This document shows, in pieces, positions 36,501 to 48,500 of a stretch of DNA of 64,000 nucleotides. Position 1 is the first letter of the stretch; every line of letters starts with the position of its first letter. A program made the position numbers and the translations under genes. The notes beneath the pieces were generated by a model. It searched no databases. It saw only the letters and a program-made list of their open reading frames with translations, and was not told the DNA's origin. This stretch comes from Antedon mediterranea (taxonomy: Eukaryota; Animalia; Echinodermata): contig NC_092674.1 in NCBI RefSeq assembly GCF_964355755.1, forward strand, positions 13,020,001 to 13,084,000, written 5' to 3'.

Positions 36501-39500
36501 AACTCGACATTTGTTAATCAACTTTATCCTGAATACCACACCTTAGAATTAGTAGAAAAATCACATAAAAGTAGAATAAATACGTTAAATTGATGATTTT
36601 AGAGACCTTTTTCTCGCATACTGTTTGCGAATTTCGCACACTCAATGTTCAATATTTTGGTTTTTATGGAACGCCAAAAGAGCAAAATTAATTAGAGGGC
36701 TAAAAACTCTGTGGAATCCATATATTTAACGCATTATTTAGTAAAAATTACATACAATTTCAATAGATTTTGTCACTGTCAGTAAGCAAAAATGTTACTG
36801 TTGATACTGTACCTTTTAAAGAATAAAATGGAAAAAAAATCTTAATATCTTTAGTAGGCTCATGGTTATGACGTTAAACTACAAACTACACCCAGGTAGA
36901 GTAGGCTGAGGTTGTGTGTGGAGCTAGCCTCTATTAAATGCACACAATAAACAAATTTCACCCACACTCCATGACTGGCGGGTATGGTCGGCGCCACAAA
37001 CCCGAGCAGGCTCCCAGGGTAGGGGGTTACGGATCCATCATCGGCAGCAGGATGATGAGTTGTAACAGCAACAGCCGACAAACTGTCATCTTGATGTTAC
37101 CAGTACAGCGGCAACTGAACAACAGCTGGCGCAACTATCCACAAGTGAGGTGGATACTGCGACAGTGGAAAGCAACGGCGACCTACCACGTGTATGTATT
37201 GCTAATCACTCATTATGACAGAACAATTTTGAAACCAACCCGATATGAGAGTGGATGGTGGAACTGCCAGGCCGGAAGCTCTCAGAGATTTTACTGGCGA
37301 AGAGTCGCATTTGTATAGGATAAAGGCAGGTGCACACCAAAGGCGAAGCAGCGAATTTCGCGTTAAAAGGTGACGCACGCGGCAGGCGATGGACGCTTCC
37401 AGTGTGAACATACAAGCGAACACTGTACGATAGTCGAATTTCAACTTTAACGCGTTGAAAACACACGCAAATTTTCAAATGTTGAACCTTGGTCAACTTT
37501 TTGAGGCGTCGCAAGCGCGGTTCTTGTTCGTCAACCAATCAGAACTCAGGAATATCCCTCATCATCGACGACCGACACCGAACCGACGGAAACAAGGTGG
37601 CTGACGAGTTACAGATGACGGACATGAGCCAAAGACCGCGGGAAACTCGATGCCTTGACGGAGGTAGTGTTGTAACCAAACAAATTCGACTAAGAAACTT
37701 GATACGAATAGCAACATGGAATGTGAGAAGTATGGCAGCTGGAAAACTAGGCACATCAGTGAAGCAACTCACTACAACATAAGTGTTTTGGGTGTAGCAG
37801 AGCACAGGTGGGCAGGACAAGGACATTTTAGACCAGAAGAAGGTGGTATGGTTATCTATTCAGGAAAGGAGATATCAGGCAATGGAGGTGTTGGAATTTA
37901 CCTTAAAGAAAGGACCTCTAAATCTTTGCTGGGATATAATCCAATAAGTGATAGGGTGTTGTCAGTAAGGCTGCATGGCAAACCCATGAAAATTACACTA
38001 TTGTAGGTATATGCCCCAACAATCACTGCAACTCAAGAGGAAGCTGATGAGTTTTATCCATCATAGAATTACCTTATTATACCGTTAATCACTTCTACTT
38101 AAACACCCCTGGACCAACTTAGGACCAATCGTTACCCTCACAGATAACGTAGTGACATATGCAAATGAACCGAAGCCAATATACCCCCAAGTTTCAGAAG
38201 AGCCCAGACACACATCACAGCCACTTCTTCAGAAGCAGACCTACACACCTCACACCTCACCGACAGCATCACTGTATCCTCTGTTCCTGTTTCTATATTG
38301 TATTGTATTGTATTGTATTGAGTATATAACGTATTATTGAATAAACAATGTGTTACTACAGTTAAGCGAGTAAGAGTCTTCATTAGAAGTCAGTACCTCA
38401 ACATAACACTATATTACATGGTGGAAGACCCACATTTTATAAGGAACAGAGTGAGAAAACAGAATAACAAGAAAACAAGAAATAAACACAACAAGACACG
38501 AAGACGAAGACGAAGACAACCATATTTGTTTGAAAGGAGAAAACCAGAAATTTACTTTAGCACAAAAGACAAGCTGAGATTATATTCGAATGAGAGAAGC
38601 AGATTTTTTTTTTTCAAATAAGCATTTAACCGGATCGAGACAAGCAGAATTGTATTTTTCAAATTTGTATTTTAACTGGATCGAGACAAGCAGAATTTTT
38701 AAATTTCGTATAACCGTTGGATGAAGACAAAGAAGATAATCGAGAAAGACACAAGAAGAATCAAAAGGGAAAACAGAAGCAAGAGGACAAGAACTGTTTC
38801 GTTTGGACACTTTCAACTTCACGCCGTTTTTTTTTCGATCGTTTTTTTTAATATTTACCTTTTTTGACCATTTTGAAAATTGATGAACACCTTTCGCATT
38901 TTTTGAATTCGTTGTTTGAACACTTGAACATTGTTGAACACTTTTTGCATTTCCTTTAATTCGTTTTTAATTGGATCCGAAGCATTTGGGGTAAGTCAAA
39001 ACCATTTTGATTTTTGATTTGTAACCTTGATTGAAAAGTGAGAGTTTACATATATATACACTAAATTGTTTTTGATATTTTGATTAATAAAATTATAAAG
39101 TATGGTTGACGTTGATAACGGAGTAATCGTAAATGAGCCCGTCCATCCTCATCCCGTGCCCCACCTAAGACAAACCGATTTCCTTCCCAAAAGATACGAC
39201 GGTTCCATCACCGATCACGAACAATGTAGTGCACACTATTTATCGTTTACCGACTACCTTGAGGCCCACACTTTAGAAAACCCTGAAAATAATGCCCAAT
39301 TAATTAATGTCATAAGTATTTTCAAACGTAGCCTTCAGGGCCAAGCTAGACTCTGGATTGAGGGAAAGCAGTTCGATTCACTGGAATCCTTGAAAACCCA
39401 ATTCATTAACAGGTTGAGTAAAAACAAATCAATCTATGCGCACATAAGAAAATACGATTCAATTACTTATACCACTGGAGACAACGCCGAAAAACACTTA

Positions 39501-42500
39501 ACCAAAATCAAACAGCCGCAGACAGAATTGGATACGCTGACCAGCAGATAAAGAATACATTTTTTTCGACCCTTCCACCAAAATGTAGAGCAGCTGTAGC
39601 CATGTCCACCCCAATCGATGCCACTATTGACAATATCGTACTAATAGCACACAAAATTACCTTGACCTTTCCGTAGATGATTCCACACGGGAAGTTTCAT
39701 TCAACATCAACAAGGAAACAGATAATAGTCTCGAATCGCTCCAACATGAGATAAATTCTCTTAAGTTAGATATAGCCACAACAAAACGATCCCTTAATGA
39801 TGAAACCCGACGCTCGCGTTCCCCCACCCGAAATTATATCCCAAGACGAAACCGAAGCCCAAGCCCATACAAACCCCGATTCCAGACCCCACCGACCCCA
39901 AGATATAGACAACCTCCCCCAACCTGTTATTACTGCGGGAAACCAGGCCACATAGCAAGGCACTGCCGACAACAAAACCGTTCTTACGGAAACTACCCCC
40001 ACCATACCCATACCAACAGTCAAACAATTACTACCCTAGCCACCAGCAGGATTTTTAAAAAGGGGACTAGATGCCGCCTATAATCTGGCCCCCCATACAA
40101 AATATGACAATTTTAAGGCAAAATACTTAGGGAATTCAGATAAGATTGACTTGTTACTTAACGACAGAAATTACGTTAAAGGAAATTTACCAGACGGTAG
40201 AAATGTTTTAACTTTATTTGACAGTGGTTCAACTAGAACTATAATCTCACAATCGTACGTTATTTCCTCACTTTATTTATCGCGTCTAAAGCCAGTTAAA
40301 GTGAACACAACTAAATTTCGATTAGGTAACGGTGACTTCTTATATGCCAACAACTTAGTGCAATTCGAATTATTTATCCAAGGACACAAATTTAAAATTT
40401 CAGCATTAATCGTTAAAAATTTGACAGGTATTGACCTGATATTTGGAACCGAAACATTGTCTGAACTCGACGGTACTTTAAATTTTAAGGAAAACACATT
40501 TCGCATTAGACCAAAGATTTTTAGCTTTCGTCCAGTACACAAGATTTTTCTTAAACCCGGTGAGACTAAAACAGTTAAATCAAAAGGAAGGGTTCCCGCC
40601 TTTGTACGCAATTATGATGTTGTTCTGCATGCAACCACCCATATTTCTAGGATACATAGATACTAATCGAATACTATTGTCCGTGAAAACATGCGCCTCT
40701 CGATAAGAATCGAGCGAGGCTAGCACACACACACGTGCGGTCATGCACTCGATGTTGCGGGTGCGAAACTCATGAATAACAAGTTAGAAAGAACTGACGG
40801 AATGGGGGATTTCCCTTCTTGTTGATGCTGGGCGCGGCCGAGCCTGGTAAGAAAAAACATTGTTTTGATGAAATATAAAGTGCGTCTTATACATCGACGA
40901 TATACAAAATACCGATGTTTTACTCTCAGTTAGAGGGTGCGTCTTATACACAGGTGCGATGTATACACCGAAATATACGGTACACTAAATTCTAAAATAT
41001 TTAATTAGGCCTGCTAACAACGACCTACTGTGTATTAGGCCTTGCCTAGGCTAGTTTAGACACGGGGCCTAACGCGCCCAAACCAGAATTAAAGTGTGAA
41101 ACAAATTTTGGATAGATGTTTGAGCTCGTTGTTTTATTCAGTGTGTTTTGTTACTCTCAAATCCGAATACAATTAACAGAAATGAACATAAAAAAAAAAA
41201 TCCAAATTATTTTCGGATTTGACAAAAGCATATTTGGCAAATCAAAATTGATTACATTCCGATTATTAGGACCTACAATGGTATGAAAACGTAAACTTAC
41301 TGTGAGTTTTTTGCACTTAAATTATAATAGTATGAGGTTAATTAGGCATATTTCAGATAACAGAATATCGGATTTTGTTTCTCAGGTTCACTCTGCAATC
41401 ACGATCTCTTTTCGCGAATTCTAATCTCACATAAATGGGCACTGAAATCATTATTAACAACATGTAAGCTTATACAGTAGGCATATATTTATATTTATTA
41501 ATTTTTTTTTTATTCTTTTACTTGGTTTCATCGTATTAATAGGCCTATTCGTGGATACTATTTAAAAAATACAAACAAAAGGTTTGTATTTTTTTACGAT
41601 GGTTTCGCTGTATACAGTAGGTTGTCTGTTTCTATCGAAACTCTCAAATCAACCTGCGGATGCTTTAAATAATGTTGCTGATGACTTTTATGATGAGTTT
41701 GAAGAATATAATGAATAATTAAAAATGAGGCGTATGCGTGATTGATTTCTATAATATAAATTCTGCAAAAGCGTTGTTTCCAGTTTTCATTGTTTAGGAC
41801 GACATATCAAGTATGTTGTTATACAGGCTATGATTGTTATTATAAAAATATGATATGAAAATAACTATTGTTGTTATGTTGTACCATGTTGTGTTGAAGT
41901 TTAACAGAACAATACATAGTTGTAATTGTTCTGCTAATTTAGTATTATTTATATATAATGTACTGTACAGTACTTTAGGTATGTTATTACCGGTTCGCCC
42001 TTTAAATTTGAAAATTAAACCATTTATTTTAATCACACTGAACTATATAGCACCCCGTATTAATAATGTTTGTAAAACTTACATTGGTTGTAAGATCCAA
42101 ATTAGCACCTGCCTTGAGTAAAATAGTGCAAACATTTGTTTTGCCATTATTTGCAGCAGAATGCAAAGGTGTCCAACCATCCTGAAATATTACAAACATT
42201 ATGTTATAGTATTTTGTCACTTTACAACAAGCTATCTAACTTGTACTAAATCAATTAGATGTCATCATGTGTAATACTAATTCAATTAAATAATTAAATA
42301 TATATATTTAAAGTATGTGCAATCAGTGCTACTAAGCGCATTTGATGATTACATTGGTTAGTTAATTATTGCAATACAAACACATACATATCAAAGTTAA
42401 TTTTTAGGTTGTTAAATTATACTGGTATGTATACTTCTTGTATCTAATTTGTAAACAAAAAACTTTGTAAGGTTAAACCATTGGACAGTGTGTGTGATAT

Positions 42501-45500
42501 GTGTAATATATCATGTATCTAATTTATATAAAAACAATACTATTTTTAATTAGATTTTCATTAGGCATAATGTGTATGTACCAGTTTCAGAAACGAATGA
42601 AACACGATTATTAATGAAATGTTTTCGTTCGTTCGTTTTGAATGAAGTTATAGGCCTTCAAATTCAAATGTCAATGAATACTAATATTGAAGTACCTCAA
42701 GCTCTATTCGACCTTATTGACGAACGCGTGGTTTTCGGCTGGTTGTTTACTACACTGCAACATCACATCATTCTCTCCACTTCAAAATTATGTCTAAATT
42801 ATGTTGTACTCTAACACCGTGATACTTTTAAAACATTCATGTTGTCAACAACCTACGCCAACATCGGCAAATGGGGCATCATTTGACTCGACTGCCATCC
42901 TCTCTATTCTTAAATAAACGTTTACTAAGTTTATCCAGTTATTTAACTCAAATTTGTTGTCATCTTACTTCTATCACTATGACCACACTTCAAATGAATA
43001 TCTTGAATTAGGAAATCAGCAACATTTCATCACATATGAATGGTAATTGGTTTGGTTCTTGGTTCCTAAATTGGTGTGACAATTTCTATATACAGTAGAA
43101 TCTGATAACAGACTTCCATAACTGCTGCAACATCAACATTTGAACCAGAAAACTGGATAACCACATATTCATCACGAAATGCCCTGGGTTCTTTATCATC
43201 CGTTTAACTCAGATGTAATTGGAATCATATATGGACCTCAACAGCCTGCATCCCTTGCTATCAATTGTATTCCACCCAGCCACTGGTTCAGTCACCTGGA
43301 ATTATGCACCTCAACAGCATGCTTACTAGATCAGTGCTATTAATACTGATTGGGGTATATAGGCTGGTATATTTTTTAGTTTTGCAGAAACCAGATATCC
43401 TCTAATTTGCATCAGTTTAAGATTATTATCGCTTGACTAAAATCACCAAAGTCATCAATATCATCTTGGAATTGACTAAAATCAGCATTAACCTTAAGTA
43501 CTCCACCTGAAGTAATCAACATTAAATTGCGTGACACACTTTACAAACTGCGCAATCGTTTTGTTTAATTCCGGGAACATTGATTAAATAGGCGCTGTTT
43601 AGAGAAGACATGCTATATCAATTGTATAATTGTTGAATAATTCACCTGTACTTGTTTGTCTTCTTTTAAACAACATGTTGATGATGAAGTAACAATTACT
43701 AATAACCAATGTGCCAAACAGCCAAGGAATAGACAGTTACGGTATCCAGTATCATTGTTTAATCAGATCTGTAATAATTATGTCAAGTAGGCCTATAGCC
43801 ATTACTCTAGTAGCCATGTCAACCACTTCACTTGCTGGTGGTCATGAAAAAGTGCCCTGGTATTTGCACGGTTTAAAATCTCCAATTTTGACACAGACCA
43901 AAGATATTGGGATATACATACTTCAAATAATTATGTAAGGAGACAATGTAAGTCGCTTAGTATACGAAGATATTAAACTAATTTCATCATGTAACTGTGT
44001 GTGTCGGCAATACCTTCATCACGATTATGTTGACAATAATATGTATAATTAATGTTTAGCTATACTTTGCGTCATCAATGATGTTTTCAGATTGAACTTA
44101 ATTGATTTTAAATAAATTTGAGCTCATCATTCATATAAATTATAGTGATTTCTGATTTGACAAATTTAAATTTAGATTTGCAAGTAACAGAGAAGCATTT
44201 CTTTTGTCCGTTGTCAGATGGTTATTGGATCTGTGTTATTGATTTCTCTAATACTTATGTAATTAACCGCTTTAAGTCACCCTGCATAGTAGGTATTAAC
44301 AATGTATTAGAACTGTCCTTTTGCGATATCTATTTTCGACTCAATGTATTTAATTTCGTTTATGAATATGAACAGTTTGTCTGTTTATTGTATTAACAAT
44401 TGTCTGTAATTTACCTCCGCCAATTTACCTCCTGTTAGCAGGATTACTCAAAAAGTAATTACAAGATCTTTACCAAAATGAATAGACAGATAGATATGTG
44501 GTCAAGGATCATTCCATTAAATTTTGGGACCATTTGGGACCACAGTCCCAATTCTGGACCACTTTTTAGTATACTTTTTGTTAAAAGATAGGACAGAATT
44601 TTCCAAAAGCCGGCGAGCAGTCTTAAAGTAACAAGTAAACTGAAATTGCATTTTCTCGAGAACTACTTGTCCAAAAAACTTCCTTTTTTAGCAATCTTGC
44701 TTTGTAATTTTAAAACATAATTGAATTTAATGTGCACGTTTTTTATGCGAGTTGTTTAAAAAAACTATTTCTTTTCAAATTCACTCGTTTGATTTTCGCG
44801 TTGCTGTTCTATTGTTAGTCAACTGAAGCTATTGTTAATTGAAAGGCTTGTTACATAACCATTACACCAAACTCGCATACACATGCTTGTAATGAAATTA
44901 GCCTAAATCACAAACAGCATTAAGACACACACAAATATATATATATATTTTTTACCGGAGAAATCTTATGTAGGAGAATGTTACAGTAGGCGGAGGTATG
45001 CACTCTCGGAGTGGCTTTCTAGTTTTAGTATTAATTTGTTTAAAGTGAATCTTATGAGGGTTAGTTTTATAGGAACAATAGTACTTTTTTTAAATTTGTT
45101 AAAGCGAAATTAATAATTCCATTCCATACATTCCATTTGGAATAATACGTCATGTAAAATTAAACATTAAAGGAACGCTCATCGTTAGATCTATGTATAT
45201 GTGGGGATTAATCTAATCATGTGATAATTAAATACTGCCCCCTATAGGTGTTGCTGCCCCCAATAATTGTAACAGTCTTTTTCAAATGATTTGCTTTCTT
45301 TTGTATTCATGAACCGGTCAAGGAAGCAGATAGTTTTGTCTCTTACTTAATTAAAGATCTGATTAAAAGGTAATTACTCTACTTTATACATATATTACTT
45401 TGTTATGCATTTATAAGATTATGTTATGTTTAAGAAACATTAATGTTGTATTTTAAGATGATTGCATTCATAGGCCTAGACATTTGTTTTGGGTTAACCT

Positions 45501-48500
45501 TGACTCATGGAATGTGCAGTTAGGAAGCCTATTGAATAGTATTGTGTTACAATCTTTGAACTAGGATTTTATGCCATATAATGTTATAATATATACTTTT
45601 GTGATAAACCTTCTTTATCATATCATATCATATATACTTTATTGTCCATTTAAAAACAGAAATGTGATTTGAAAACTGGCAAAATACAAAAATATAAAAT
45701 ACAATTTACAAAAACACACACAAAAAGTTAAGAGGCTAAAAATTGTTAAAATTAGATAAAAAATTATCGGTTACATTTTACCTTTGTACTCTGGAGTTAT
45801 ATAAGTGTATAGCATTAGGTACAAACGAGCACCTAAACCGTTTTGTTTTGGTATTAAGTGCACGTAGTCTTATGCCAGAATTCATGAGAGCAAATTGTTT
45901 GTGAAGAGGATGTGTTTCATCATCAATGATACTTTTTACTTTTTTTAACACATTTTCTTTATACAAGGATTCAACATCAGGTAAGTGCTCTCCTACTAGT
46001 CTAATTGCTCTATTTCCTATTCGATTAAGTTTAATTTTATCTTTTTGCATTGTATTACCATAAAAACAAACATTACAAAAAAGTATTACACTGAGAATTA
46101 CAGAGTTATAAAACAATTTAAGTATAGTTTTGTCAATTTGTAGGTACTTCATTTTTCTTAAAATAAACATCCTTTGGTTGGCTTTGCATGTGGCTTTATT
46201 TACATTATTTATCCAATTTAGCTTATTGTCAATTATACAACCCAGATATTTGTACTCATTTACTACTTCAATCTCATTTTCATTTATAATCAGAGGTTCT
46301 AAGGGTTCTTTAATTTTCCTAAAATCAATTTGCATTTCTTTTGTTTTCTTTATGTTTAGTTTCAGGTTGTTATTGCAGCACCAGTGATAAAAATCACATC
46401 CTAGTTGTCTATAGCTTGTTTCATCATTGCCAGTAATGTATCCAGTGATGACTGTGTCATCTGCATATTTTACTATACAACATTCATTTGAATTGGCTCT
46501 GAAACTGCTGGTGAACAGTGAAAACAACATTGGGGAGATAACAGACCCTTGTGGCGTGCCAATGCTAACAGTTCTTTTATCAGATAAAATACCGTTTAGT
46601 TTAACATACTGGAACCTTTTTGTTAAGAAATTATATATCCATGAAGTCAATGTGTCGTTTACGTTCATTTCTTTAAGTTTGCGTACTAATGAACAAAATA
46701 TGTTTAGATAGATTTAGTAATGTTTAGTTTATAGGAGATAGTTTCTAGTTAACAGTTTGTATAAAATAGTTCATCCTACAGTTCACACTTGATTAATTTG
46801 TACACACGAGGCTACCATGCTCGTGATAGATCGTCATGTAGTGCGCCCTCTATTTATCATACAAAATGGCTGCGCCCATGGATTTGTTATTGTTTATATA
46901 TTTTACACAAACCTAAGATTATAACTCCTTGATTCAATGAATAGACTAAGTTTAGTATTCAAATAGTGTGAGTAAATTCCAACATGCATTTATTCTAGTA
47001 ATATAATAGTAATATTCAGGCACTTATGATGCAATTGTGTAGGTAATTAATTAGGTATTTGTATACTCTAACAAAGTATACAGAAGCTGTTTAGGTAGAC
47101 GTGCCGTTTGATGTAATAGTCGCAGTTCTCAGAGAGAATCCTTTTTATTAGAGTCGCCTGTTAAGTTGAGGTCGTTACTAAGAATTGGCTTGTATTTTAG
47201 AATATTATTTACTTTTGTTTCTCATTGTATTTATTTTGTGGTTTTCAGGACCATACTGATCTCTATTGTTATGCTAAAAACAAATTAAAACCAAATACAC
47301 CACCGGACCGTGAGAAAAGGCGTGTTTTTCCTTTTGTGTTGTCGTCCACATCCTTACATAGTAATGAGAAATATACAAACAATGATGTTTTTGTGATGTC
47401 GGTGGTGGGTGTTAGGTTTGTAATGTACGTGGCGGGGCGTTTATTAGAGGGTGGAGGTTGGATATTCCATTATTATTGGGGGAGAGGGCATTTATTCAAA
47501 TAAATGCGGTAGGCCTAATTGGTATACCGTAAATCTTTTAATAGGAACCCTGGGTTATTATTCTTTGAATGTTTTTTAGGGTGGGTTACTATTATTAGAA
47601 GGAGGGTTACTATTAGAGTAGTGGGTCACGATTACTAATCTTAAATTAGGTACCTGAAAATAGTAACCCACCCCCAACATTTCCTGTCAGCAAAATAATA
47701 AAACAGTACGAATAAACTAGCCTAGAATTTCCATGCACGCGTATCCTAGGCATAAACACATTTTCGACGTTAAAAAAAATTACAGCGAAAGCTAGTAGTA
47801 GTGTAATTGTGTATAAAATTACATTTTTGAGTAACATCAGGGGCCACCATGTGCATAAACAAGTCTGGAAACCAATCACAGGGGAATGGATACAATGTCA
47901 TAAAGATGATAGAGGTGTCTACAAAGGAATTCATGAAGAGGCACTGTTGGTTGGACATGTCCAAAATGAATTATCAAGAATTCTTGCTGGATTTTTAAAA
48001 TTGAATGATAGTCATATTAACGTAGAAGTAATGGGGAAGATAGTCAGCGAACACGGTCTCTTGGTCGCTATGTCCTATGTCGCTACTTGTGGCCGAAAAC
48101 AAATCGAAAACAAATATTGATTGATGAACTGTCAAGGGGATGTATTAAAATATCCTTATTTTGAACTAAAAATGGAACAATAATTGAGACTAAGCTGAAG
48201 TACATACAAATAAGGATCATCGACATAATCACATTGTAAAAAATGGCGTTTTTAAGGAATAAATTGTGTTAAAACCAAAATAAATTTGATTTTAGTGTCA
48301 TTTTGTCAATAGTTGTTGTGACTAGGGGGTTATTATTGGAGTAGTGGGTTCTTATTATAGATTGAATTATAGGTGGGTTACTATTAGAAGATTTACGGTA
48401 TTTACTTTAAATCAAACATCAAATAATGACAATCATCAATGGGTCATTAATAAAAAACACGTTTTAAATGGCTTGCAACATGGGTCAAAGCACCCTGGGT

